From: Bispira polyomma
Taxonomy: Eukaryota
Assembly (NCBI GenBank): GCA_965649765.1
Contig: OZ287754.1
Location: 33,852,001 to 33,916,000 of the forward strand
DNA: 64,000 nucleotides
Direction of reading: 5' to 3'
Shown: positions 50,666 to 62,599 of the stretch, in pieces
Layout of the letters: each line of letters begins with the position of its first letter
Numbering within the stretch: position 1 is the first letter of the stretch
The notes under the pieces: model-generated
What the model was told of the DNA's origin: nothing
The model's database searches: none
The model's input: only the letters and a program-made list of their open reading frames with translations
Position numbers and translations under genes: made by a program

Positions 50666-52329
50666 GAGCACTGAACTACCTGTTCTGAAGGAGGACAGTC
50701 ATGAGTTCCCTGTAATAATGTTACCAGATTTCTAGTTTTAAATGTTGGTAGAAATTAATTTCAATATTTGTGTATTTTTATGGAATATTCTATGAAAGCC
50801 AGTGTGAGTAATCATGAATATGGTTGATATAAAATTGAACCCAGTAACCCGTATGAAATTAAGGTTAACGTTTCTGCTGTTAAAGATGCAATGTTACTGT
50901 GAAGTAAAGACCACCCATAAAGACCCTCTCAGTACCAAGACCAGTACATGAAGCACCTGTTGTTGTTTGCTGTATATATTGTTTAACATGGATCATTTTA
51001 CAAATGACAACAAGGATAGCCACCCAGAGATGTCAGGGATCTCCACAGCCACATTTGTAAGACTGAGGCAAGGGCATCAGCAACTGCCACACCTGTAGGT
51101 GTAGCTGAAATACTGTGAGCCCATAGGCAGGGAAGGAGATAATATCATTAATGAGAGTAACATAGATTCCAGGAGGGAGTGCTGAACCAGTACTCATATA
51201 AGCCAAGCAGGCATTAGGTCAATACATAGTGTATCCAGGAAGTCTATCCCAGCATCTGGAGAGACTTCACAGACCTACAAGCTGCTGAATGATTTCATCA
51301 AGCGGTCACACATCAAAAGCATCTCCCACTCCCCCCACAGTACTCTTGCAGCCACAGTCTTGCAGTCTTGAGGCAGTCGCTCCAACCTGGCACCTCTCAG
51401 CAGCAAGCACCCGTTCATTGTATTGGACAGTCATATCCACAGTCATATCATGCCTACCACGGTCAGATAAACTGACCTACACAACCCTATCAACATTGAC
51501 ATTGATCTAGTCATCGCAGATATCTCACAGTGAGTTGGAAACCCTTTTTTGAATATAGGGAGCATATATAGCATGGTGATGACCACAGCTAATGCTTTTT
51601 TAAAACTATTTTATTGTTTTAATAAAGACTTGTTTATGAACTTGGTTGGTTCTCATTAAAGATCAGGTAAGAGAAACACAAAAGATCATTCCAGAAATAT
51701 TCTGACTTTGAAGTTCAACATTAAGGCCAGGTCCTCGAGTGGGTTTACCCACATGAATTCCCATGTAGTACATTACTTTTTACTTATAATGACAAGATCC
51801 ACAAAAAAATCATACCTCAACATGCATGGATATCTTTGGATATGTTTAGCAGCATACTTGTATATGTTTGTAACCTTAACTGTCAACTGGCACTATATTT
51901 CCTGTAATATCAGTTTGACTGACACTTGATTTCCAATATGAGTCAAAATTCTTAAAAATATTGTAAGGTTTGGCAGTTGACTTGCAGAGGCTTGGTGATG
52001 CAAATAAATCTTAACCAAATGACTGCCATTACATGAATCTCAAATATGCATTAACATAGCCATATCATCACACGTCATTGCACAACAGTATTAAGAACAT
52101 CTTAAAATGTCCATTTCTGTGTACTTCCTTCTCGTAACCATTAAGCTTTCGATAAAAGATGCAGCTACATCTTTACACACCTCAGAGACTCTTAGGGATG
52201 AAAGTCCCTGCAACCTGAAAGCAATTTCCAGGCATTATGACAGGTGGGAAGACAAGTTGCCATACCATCTGGTACTGCCTGGTATCGCCTGCTATACCGC
52301 CAGTATGTGTGGAATGGAATGGGGCACAA

Positions 52330-52657
52330 ATTCCTATCCACTATAAATACAAGCAATATATGTATATGTTAGTTTATGAGTGTAGGTCAGTACTAAGCTC
52401 CTATCTACTATAAACAATACTATTATATGTATGTTACCGTTGTAGGTCAACATCAAGCTCCTACCCACTATAAATATTACTAATATATGTATGTTATTGT
52501 TGTGGGTCAGTACTAAGCCCTATTCACTATTAATATTACTATTATATGTATGTTTCAGTGTAGGTCAGTACAAAGCTCCTATCCACTATAAAAATTACTA
52601 TGATATGTATGTTATCAGTGTATGTCAGTACTAAGCTCGTATCGTACATATTACTAT

Positions 52658-52707
<50 letters not shown>

Positions 52708-52815
52708 ATTGTTGTAGATCAGTACTAAGCAATATGTAGGAGACCAAATCAATTACCAATACAACCTGTATATGTATGTTATCGTTTCAGGTCAGTACAA
52801 AGCAATATGTAGGCG
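52330..52815. repeat. ~58-60-bp minisatellite built from innexin acceptor + exon 2 start (more copies at 49125-49261)
   Basis: Unit TATGTATGTTAT...TGTAG|GTCAGTACTAAGC(TCCTATCCACTATAAA); the last copy is the real TTTCAG|GTCAGTACAAAGC acceptor; includes (TA)n at about 52660-52703. Confidence 0.85.
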
Positions 52816-54229
52816 ATCCAATCCACTGCTGGGTACCAGGTCATTTCACCTCTAACTATGCTGAGTATACTAACAAAGTTTGCTGGGTATCCAATACCTA
52901 CTACCTGCCCCTGGATGACCCTATACCTGACACTACCCCTAGCCAGATGATCAACTATTACCAGTGGGTGCCTATGATCCTACTCATCCAAGCTGTTTGC
53001 TTCTTTCCCATACTTGTTCTGGAAAAATCTCAGCCGTAAGTCTGGTATAGACCTGAATGACCTGGTTAAATCAACTAAACAGCTGTGCAACCTAGAAACA
53101 AGAGATAAATCGCTAAGGTATATGTTACACCAGATTGACAATTATCTCGGCCATTATAAGCCAGAGGATTCTATGTGCTGTGCTACCATAAAATCAAAAT
53201 TTTGCAGAAAATATTCTTTCTGTTTTGGCAAATCATTTGGCAACTATTTGACTTGTCTATATTTGTCTATAAAACTGCTGTACTTTACGAATGCTATTTG
53301 TCAATTGTTTGTACTGGATGCCTACCTTGCTACCGATTTCCATATGTATGGCATTAGAGTTCTCAAAAGCTCATTGTACAAAGAAGACTGGCCAGCTACC
53401 TATGTGTTCCCCAGAGAAACCATGTGTGACTTTAAGATTCGTAGCATGGGTAATGTACATCGTCACACTGTTCAGTGTGTTCTGCCCATTAATTTCTTCA
53501 ATGAAAAGATTTATATTTGTACCTGGTTCTGGCTGGTGTTTATGACGCTCGCTACAGGCCTAAGTACACTGACCTGGACCATCAGGTCTTTATGGCGACT
53601 AAACAGACTTAGGTTTGTGAAACACTACCTGAGATCAATGGACAAGAGGCGCTATGGAGAGGACAAGAAAATGACCAGAAAGTTTGTACTGAAATACCTA
53701 CAACAAGATGGGGCTCTTATATTGCGCTTGTTAAACATTAATTCTAATGGACTAGTGATACCTGACCTCGTAGGGGTGATGTGGGAACATTACTTGGACA
53801 ACCCACCTATACCAAGGAATATAGTAGATGAACTAAGTTCTTTGTAGTACATTTAATTAATAAGAGCTACATACGTGCTTCAGTTATCAAACAAAATTGG
53901 TTCTGTGAAAATAATAAAAAAACAAACTAGTTTTGTTGTGTAGGAAGTTGTAGTTTTTTTACTGGCTATGTGTTTAGTTGTTTGCTAATAAAAATGTATT
54001 CAGTCACAAGTGGTTATTTGATGAAATTAAGGTACAAGAACAGGTTCAATGCATGCTCCGCAAAAATATTGTAAAAGATTATGTGTATATCATCATACAG
54101 AAAACAGTTTCTCCATTTGGTCTTGATAAGGTTAAATAGACACGTCTCGAACAATGAAAAAGTAGCTGCATATGCTGGAAAAAGTGGTGAAGTAAAATAT
54201 AGGCTACATCTGTCATGCTGTGTGTCTTC

Positions 54230-54460
54230 AACCTCCACTCTAGTACCTGTTTAGGTTTTATTGGGACGGGTAATTGGAAATGCTGGAGGAAACACTGCAT
54301 ACAGTTGATCAAGGTTCTGCACTGAAACCAGTGGCCCACAGTAAGGAACTACCACCTTTCCCAAAAAGCATCGATGGGATTTGAACTCAGGTCGCCCAGA
54401 GGTGAGAGACCAGTGATTGTGAAGCGCAATGGTTGCTAACCACTGGGCCACTGCGACCCC
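54230..54460 (-). mobile_element. tRNA-derived SINE
   Basis: Same family as 4907-5163. Confidence 0.85.
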
Positions 54461-56349
54461 TCTTGACAGTAGAAACAACATATGGAACTTATGAACACTA
54501 AATACACTGTTGGAGCTTTTCAATACAAATGTGTCAATGTAATCTGGCCCACACATGATAAGTGTATTAGCTCGCCAAAGTATTATTATTGTGTGTTTTT
54601 TTTTTCAGTTGTAATTTGTTTGAAAATAAAATCATGGCATTCTTTTCACTGTTATAATCGTTCCTTAATGGTATATGGCAGTAACTTGCTTGGCCCTGGG
54701 ATATGGTTTCTGGTCATGGCCAGAGTGGTGGTGGCTAGACTTGCATACTCAGCCTTGGTCCCTTTGGGAGCCTCCCTTATGAACTTGCTATTTGCTTTGG
54801 GTGCATATTAACATGCTTTCACTCACCTAGCACATTCAGTGCTTATAAATCTTGAATTAAACTTAAACTTAAACCTTATGGGTTACTTTGTGTTCCATCT
54901 TGGACCGAGTATTTCAGAACCTTAGATGAGAGAACCGTTTTCTACTAAATAAAGATTAGAGAGTATATACTAAAAGCACATGTACCACAATCCCTAGTTG
55001 CAAATAAAGAGTAAACCCTTGTGGAAGTGGTGAACCCATTTAACTAAGTGCGCCCATCACTAGCCATTAACGCAAACAGCCAGTAAACAAGATAAAGACC
55101 TCTCAAAATCTACACTGCATACCATTTTAAAACTTCAGCAGTAATTTCGGCGAAGTTTTTAATCAAGATTCTAGATTCTTTGGTGACGCTCGTTAAGCAA
55201 TTTCTATCTCCAATAAAATCATTTAAATTTTATAAATTATAATTGATAATGATAGTTCCAATAAATGGCAAAATATCTAAATTTAGTCCAACTATGTGTT
55301 GTTTTATAACACGATTTTTATGTCACAAAAAGGTAATCAGCCCAAAACAGAAGTAGCCGGTATTTATGTCTTAAATGGGTCATTATTACTGGGACGGTTA
55401 CTATCCCTTTGGTTATGGAATAGTTAACATGGCCAATATATGTTTTAGATTTCTTATACAAAAGACATAATTTACCATGTGCAATCATTTAGACAATTAC
55501 TGGTTTTTACCACTACAAGTAAAGCAATATGTTCCTTAGAATAAACTAAAGTAGGTATTTGGCATTACCTGTTGGGCCAAAATAAAACGTTACACAAAGA
55601 TAGTTGGTCATTGAATCTTTATGCCGTGGTCACACTGAGCTTACATTTCGCTTACGCCAAAAAATGGCAAATGTAACCATTGCGTAAGTGTTTGCGTACC
55701 ATACGTAAAATACGTATATAAACATATGCTTGCGTAAGAACAAAATTTAAAATTTTTTTGAAATTTTAAAAAGAGTTTTTTCGGACTGCTCGAAATTTCT
55801 TAAGTTTTTGAGATTTTGGCCATGTGCATAATAAACGGCTTTAAAACGTAATTGAAACAAAATCAAAGCGTATTTTGCATAATTAGACGTGATGGAAGCG
55901 GTCCTAATCGTATTATACCTAAGTGGGATTTACAAGACATATGGGTCGTTTATTACACATTGCACCCGTTTTTACAGCCGTTTTTGTCCAAAAATCAATG
56001 TTTACGTTAGACCCGTTTTGATTAGGTACAGCACGCACATCCTGTTTCATATTTCGTTCAACCCGCATACTATTTTGTTCAACCCGTTTGTTTAACTGTA
56101 CAGTACGTTCACCACGCTTCAACTTCGTCCACCATGCTCTTACTTCATTTGATTCACTTGTGACGTCACAATTTTGTTTGTTTATTTCGTCGTGACGTAT
56201 GCGGGTGCTTTCGTCATTTGCTCATTTCGTCATCTAACGCGCCATACGCTACCACGAGGCACCATACTCTCGCATCATTCAAAATTTAAATTTCATTGTG
56301 TACAGACGTTTTTGCAATCTTTATAAAAGTTTTTGTCCCCATTTGTAAA

Positions 56350-57760
56350 ATGGGTAGAGTAGCTAGAAAGAGGAAAGCACCACCTTTACCTACGCTACAG
56401 CCAGAGGACAAAATTGTGCAAGACTCAGATTGACACTCAGATTGACAGTCAGGTGGATATTTTCACACAAGATGAAGAACTTCCCGATCTTTCCCAGACC
56501 CAGAGCCAAACCAAGAAACTTGCAAAGAAGATGAGCCAGCTAGTGAAATTGACCCACACACAGAAGGAGGAGCTGTTGGATTGGTTGAAGAAAACCTCGG
56601 AGTTGTGGTCACGGGCAGCTGAGTATGTGCATATCCGGCAGCCAAAAATGATGCCAATCTGGTCACAAAAAGCAGCTGAATATGACAAGACTGGTGAGTT
56701 CATATTATTTAACCTTGATTTACCTGTTAATTATAATGTATTTTACAGCCTTGGTTAACCGTCCAAGTTGAGGGAGTAAATTTGTGTTTGGATAATTAGA
56801 CTGATGTGTTGAAATATGTGGGAGAATATCTTGATATTAAATGTAGTTTTATATGTAATTTTAAATGTCATTGTTCCACCATTTTAATTAATGTAGCGCC
56901 TCTATTATCTGGCCATAGTGAGGGAGAAGGATTATGTTTAGATAATTAGATTGATGTGAGAAAATGTGTGGGAGAATATTTTTGTTCTATTATATGTCAT
57001 TTATATGTCGTTGTTCACCCATTTTAATTAATGTATCCCCTCCATTATCCGACCATAGTGTGGGAGTGGGGTCTTGTTTGGATAATTAGATTCATGTTGG
57101 GGATAATGTGTTTGGAGATTATCTTGATATGATATCTCATTTTAATTTATTAATTAATCTAGGCCCTCTATTATCCAACCATAGTTAGGGAGGGGGTCTT
57201 GTTTGGATAATCAGATTGATGTTTGGGGATAATGTGTTTGGAGATTATCTTGATATGATATCTCAGTTTAATTCATTAATTAATCTAGGTCCTCTATTAT
57301 CCGACCATAGTTAGGGAGGGGGTCTTGTTTGGATAATCAGATTGATGTTTGGGGATAAAGTGTTTGGAGATTACCTTGATATAATATCTCATTTCAATTC
57401 ATTAATTAATCTAGGCCCTCTATTATCCAACCATAGTGAGGGAGTGTGGTCTTGTTTGGATAATCAGATTGATGTTTGGGGATAAAGTGTTTTGAGATTA
57501 TCTTGATGGCATCTTTTTCTCTATAGGGGAACAATTGCTGCAGTGGTGGACCAATCTTTGCAAGATCTATGGCCGCAACATAGACATTCCTGCCTCTGAA
57601 TCTGAACCTGCAAAATACACATTGAGGGTGAATTGGGTTTTTGGAAAGTGTGCCTTCCTGAGGACAACATCGGGCGAATGACAAAGAGGAAGAACACTCT
57701 CTTGAAGTACGACCGTACCAAGTTGTGGGTCAGTCCATCAGCCACCGAGCAATCCACTGA
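56350..57760 (+). pseudogene. Harbinger Myb/MADF-like DNA-binding protein (2+ exons, frameshifted)
   Basis: EELLDWLKKTSELW...W..KA..YDKT, donor GTGAGT near 56695, acceptor TCTCTATAG at 57526, then EQLLQWWTNL..IYGR. Confidence 0.6.
56780..57510. repeat. ~122-150-bp tandem repeat in the MADF-gene intron
   Basis: About 6 copies of ...ATTATCC(G/A)ACCATAGT..GGAG..GTCTTGTTTGGATAAT... Confidence 0.85.
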
Positions 57761-57794
57761 GCAATCAAATGAGGCATGCAGTCATTTAGGAACA

Positions 57795-58940
57795 ATCACT
57801 ACCTCTTTTTTTTCGCAGGTGACCTCTACATTCCTACACTTCTTTTTGTGTGTGACCTCCACTTTGCTCCACTCCGTTTTGTGACCTGCACACGCACACA
57901 CTTTTTTGGCAGTTGACCTCTACATTCCAACACTCCTTTTTGTGGGTGACCTCCGCATGTCCTCGTTCGGCACCTTAAGCCGAAGTTTGGTTCATCCTGT
58001 AACCAAAGTTCTGCTCACCAAAAGTGGCCTTCACATTCGATCACCCGGCTTCAGTAAAGCAATTCGGATCTCTGGTCTCTTCATGTATGAAGGGTCTAAT
58101 GGGATTGTCCTTGGTGGGACTTACTTTCCATTTCTGCCATGAGCTGACGTGGACGTTGCTTCATTCCTTCCTTGAGTTTCCCCTGTGTGTGACCTGTACA
58201 TTCCTCCATTTTCTTCTTCAGTTTTCCTTGTTGAGACCTCCGCATGCATCCACTCCTTTTTTTGTCTGTGACCTCCACATGCCTCAACTTCTTTCATTGA
58301 AGGTGACCTCCACTTTCCTGGACTCCTTGCAGGTGACCTCTACATTGTTCATACCCCTTATTTTGTTGTGGTACAGTTTCATTTCCAAAAGTAATTGTTA
58401 TACACAAGCTGTTTGTGAAGAAAACTACACATAAAATAAAATATAATTATAAATAAAACATTACATAAATTTTTAAAAATACATTCTTCCAGTTCATTGA
58501 GGGTGACCTCCACATGCCTCAACTTCTTCCTTTTCAGGTGACCTCTACATTCCTTCAATCCTTCCTTGAGGGTGACCTCCACTTGCATCCATTTCTTGTG
58601 CGTGACCTGTACATTCTCCATTCTCTCCTTTAGTTTTCCCTGTGTGAGACCTCCACATGCCTCCACTACCTTCTTGTGGATGACCACCACATGCCTCAAC
58701 TTCATCCATTGCAGGTGACCTGGACTCCTTGCAGGTCACCTCTACTTCGGCCATTCCATTTCTTATGTGTGACTTCCACATACCTCTACTTCTTTCCTTG
58801 CAAGCGACCTCTACATCCAATTCTTCATCTTGACAAAATCTCATGCTTCTACTGGCAAATTTCCCGCCATTTTGTGGTATGTACTTGTTTCTGTTTAGTT
58901 TGATTATTTCATTTAATGACATATCCACTTTTTCCAAAAT
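57795..58940 (-). other. Decayed repetitive ORF with ALYREF-like N-terminal motif and VEVT-type repeats (Harbinger cargo)
   Basis: KVDMSLNEIIKLNRNK at the start of ORF 58545-58937; many GTGACCT(C)CAC repeats; frameshifts. Confidence 0.4.
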
Positions 58941-59969
58941 GCGTGTTAGTGTGGTATTGACTCACGTGTCGTTTACATTTGTCAAGTCCAACATTCCTTA
59001 AACTTTAAGGGGTTGTTAAAACTAATTAAACCAAAAAAAAACTTGTCAAATAAAATTACAAATTAAATAAAATTATAAATAAAATAATAAACTAAACATT
59101 ACACATTAAAATTTCATTTTACTCTTGAGAGAGTTAGATCTTCATCCTGTGTGTTGAGATTTCCTGTATCCTCTTCTTCCAAACTATTGTCACTCTGTTC
59201 CAGAATTTGTGTCTCTGCATTAATCTTTCTATAACACCACATCATGCAGTTACATTTTATGTAATAGATTCTTCAGTTGTCATTTAATAATGATTGGCCA
59301 AATTTTTCAGAAATGCATCCTTGATAATAGGATTACAGTCAATTGTCATCATCTTCTCCTGACCAGGGGATTTGAGAAATGGGGAAGCGTTATATAGTCA
59401 ATCGTAATTGTCGGTATAGCATTAGAGGTTTTCATGGAGCCAGAATTGTCATCTCCTATTTTTGGGCTTCAGGTGTCTCTCCTTTCGAAAGAAAAGTATT
59501 TATCTTTCCAATAATTTCTCAGTATTGATGGCACATAATGGATGGGTTTGATTTTTATAATCTCCAGTGATGCCCATTTTACTTGGAAGGCCTCATCCCT
59601 CCTAGTTGCCTCAATGGTCAGTATGTACATACAAACAGCAAAGAAAAGGTTGAATGTTCTTTATGTTAATCACAATCTCCATCTCTGAAAAATAAAAATA
59701 TGAATCTCCATCTCTGAAAATATGAATATGTACAATTAAAAATGAATAAATTAAAGTACTCAAATAAATTAAAGTAAATTAAGGTCATTATCAGGGAAGT
59801 TTGCCATGCCACAGAGGTGGAATACCGTGATGGAATTATATGTGCTCCGGGTATACCCCAAGGGGGGACAGACATGGCAGAATTTTTCTATAAAAGATGA
59901 AACATTGTAATATATTGGTCATGTACTTGTGATGTACTTCCTTACACTATCCATAGTAAGACTTGTAAT

Positions 59970-60215
59970 GTATTGGTGATGTGCTTGGGATGTACTTTGT
60001 TTTGTTACAAATTAAAATAAACGAATTTGGTATTGGTGATGTAGTTGGGATGTACTTTGTTTTGTTACAAATTAAAATAAAATAATTTTGGATTGGTGCT
60101 GTACTTTGGATGTACTTTGTTTTGTTACAAATTAAAATGAAATAATTTTGGATTGGTGATGTACTTGGGATGTACTTTGGTTTGTTACAAATTAAAATAA
60201 AAGAATTTCGGATTT
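59970..60215. repeat. 60-bp tandem repeat, 4 copies
   Basis: ATTGGTGATGTACTTGGGATGTACTTTGTTTTGTTACAAATTAAAATAAAA... in register on successive 60-bp lines. Confidence 0.95.
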
Positions 60216-60266
60216 TAGTTACTTGTCTTATTTCATCTTATTTTTTTTAAATTTTACTTTTGCAAA

Positions 60267-60755
60267 CCAAATGACTAGTTCTTTGCTCCTAGGTTTGAAC
60301 CCAGTTGATGGTGGTTGAGATAAATGTCCCTTTGAAAGTCAAATGACTAGTTCTTTGCTCCTGGGTTTGAACCCAGTTGATGATGGTTGAGACAATGGCT
60401 ATTGAAACTTTTGAAAGTCAAATGACTAGTCCTTTGCTTCTGGGTTTGAACCCAGTTGATGGTGATTGAAATAAATGTCCTTTTGAAAGTCAAATGAATA
60501 GTTCTTTGCTCCTTGGTTTGAACCCAGTTGATGGTGGTTGAGACAATGGCCATTTGAAAGTCAAATGACTAGTTCTTTGCTTCTGGGTTTGAACCTAGTT
60601 GATGGTGGTTGAATCAAATGGCCATTTGAAAGTCAAATGACCAGTTCTTTGCTTCTGGGTTTGAACCCAGTTGATGGTGGTTGAGATTAATGTCCATTTC
60701 AAAGTCAAATAACTAGTTCTTGGCTTCTGGGTTTGAATCTAGTTGATAGTGATTA
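60267..60755. repeat. ~70-80-bp tandem repeat, ~7 copies
   Basis: CAAATGACTAGTTCTTTGCT..TGGGTTTGAACCCAGTTGATGGTGGTTGA... unit. Confidence 0.95.
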
Positions 60756-60859
60756 ATTGCCCTTTCCAAATTAGTTATAAAATAAAACAAGAAGAAGAAG
60801 CCTTTATTCACAAAATTAAATATAAATTACAAAACAAAATAGATACAAAGTATACATTA

Positions 60860-62050
60860 AATTGTTCTGTCCTGCCAGGAAACAGTATCTATTGGGTTGT
60901 TGTAGTACCCCTTTAGTAAGGCCATTGAGTCTTGGCCTCTCTGTTGGCTGTGTTTCCCAGCATTATCTCCTCCGTATCTTGCAACGCTGCCCGATTTCTC
61001 CAATCACCTGGTAGCAGATTGTGCTGTGCGGTCCAACAATTCTGGGTTTTGGCCATTTGGATACCTCACTCTGTAAATGTTGTGCAAGATGCAGCAGACT
61101 GTGGTGATTAGAGTGGCTACTTCTGGACCATGGCACAACTTCTCACTGAGGCATCTGAACCTATTAACGAGAAGCCCAAAAGCATTTTCAACAACTCTCC
61201 TTGCACGGGACAGGCGGTAGTTAAAAATCTTCTCTTCATAAGACAGTGCCCCATGTCCATACGGTTTTCATCATGTATCTTGATAATGCAAATGCATCAT
61301 CTCTTATCAAGAAATAGGGCATGGGCTGGTCATCACCAGGCAAAGGAGTAGCTGCTGGAAGTGGGAGTAGGTCATCCTCTAAGGCATTCTTCATGTAAGA
61401 GACATTCCAGATATGGGAATCAGAGCAGCAGCCATTTGCATCAACATCAAAGTAGATGAACTTGTAGTCAGCATCCACCACAGCCAAAAGTATAATTGAA
61501 CTGAACCACTTGTAGTTGAAGAACTGGGATCCACTGTGAGGGGGCTTCAATAGGGCAACATGTTTCCCATCTATGGCACCCATACAATGGGAAAAGTTCC
61601 ATTTTTTCTCAAAAAGTTCTGCAAAATCAGTCCAGCACTGGGGTGTGTCTGCAGCAGATACAACTTCATCGAGGTATTCCGCTTCTATGGCATGGCAAAC
61701 TTCCTGGATAATCACAGACACTGTGTTATGTGCTACACAAAAACCATAGGCCAGAGATCTGTAGTCCGAACCAGTAGCCAGGTACCTCGGGGTGATGGCC
61801 ACCATTAAACCTGGTTCTAGGAAGCCCTAAAATTGACCATTTTCCTTCGCAGTCTTGGTTGCAGGCGTTGTTCTCAGAAGAGGACAGGATCAATCCTGGT
61901 GAAATTTCCATAACTGGCAGGGTCCTCAGCCTCAAGCTCCTGCAATAGGTGCTCGTAGAATCCAATCAGTGGTCTCCACTGGCCTGGTCTTCACCTGCCT
62001 CTGCCTTCTCCTGACCATACCTACCTGTTTTTCCATACCTACCTGTTCCA
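60860..62050 (-). pseudogene. Harbinger (HARBI1-like DDE) transposase
   Basis: RYLATG, GAIDGKH, FFNYK..SIILLAVVDADYKF, DDAF and FNYRLSRARRVVENAFG motifs, with frameshifts. Confidence 0.9.
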
Positions 62051-62599
62051 AATATGGAGTAGCATTATAAATATTCCGCATAGCTTGTACTTGAACCATC
62101 ATAGCTTGTTGCAGGACCTTGCATAAGTAAAACATCCTAGACGTATCCAATGCGCGAGGAATATTATTAACATAATGGAAGCATGAGGGACATAATAGGC
62201 ATAATTGAAGCGTGCCTGGAGCCTGAGTGAAGCAGCTGAAGCGTAATAAATGCATCCTGAACGTTGTAAGCGGAATCAAAACGTTAGGGAAACATGTGTA
62301 ATACATTAAAGTCTCAATTCTTAAGACAGTTTACAGGTACGAAATTGTGCAAGCAATAATCATTCTCTTTGTCAAATATAAGAAAATAAGAAAAATAAGA
62401 TATAATATTATGAAAACGGATTAAATGTGCCTAAAGCGTAAACAAAGCAGCTCGGACGTAATTTTAGGCTTACTCTCATTTATGCTCAAAATAATGACTT
62501 TGTTTACTTGCGTTTCCTCACGTTTGCGAAATTTTAAACGTAAGCAAAACATACTCAGTGGGTTAATGTGTAATTACCAACCTGTGTGGGGTAAACCAG

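Larger units (their letters stand above)
49262..52326. mobile_element. Probable Harbinger-derived element in innexin intron
   Basis: Termini TGTGGGTTCACACT... and ...GTGTGGAATGGAATGGGGCA resemble other Harbinger ends; it splits one unit of the acceptor minisatellite (GGTCAGTACTAA | TTCCTATCCACTATAAA). Confidence 0.45.
48246..53847 (+). pseudogene. Innexin (invertebrate gap-junction protein), two exons, apparently disabled
   Basis: Exon 1 48246-48374 (...SDDDFVDRLNHELSMLLMIVFAVV|GTGAGT) and exon 2 52791-53847 (VSTKQYVGDPIHCWVP...CWVSNTY...YYQWVP...FPRETMCDF...QCVLPINFFNEKIY...WFW). In-frame TGA at 48279-48281 and a +1 frameshift near 53005-53012. Confidence 0.9.
55622..62570. mobile_element. 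PIF/Harbinger transposon with convergent MADF-like gene (+) and transposase (-), decayed, with cargo
   Basis: Left end TTA|TGCCGTGGTCACACTGAG..TTTCGCTTACG is partly complementary to CGTAAGCAAAA..CTCAGTG at about 62539-62561; MADF-like exons about 56350-56694 and from 57527; transposase 60850-62050. Confidence 0.8.

Noticed and set aside
56780-57510. A fifth splice-junction-seeded array
   Set aside because: The repeat fills the MADF intron up to near the acceptor, but the unit does not include the junction or exon sequence.
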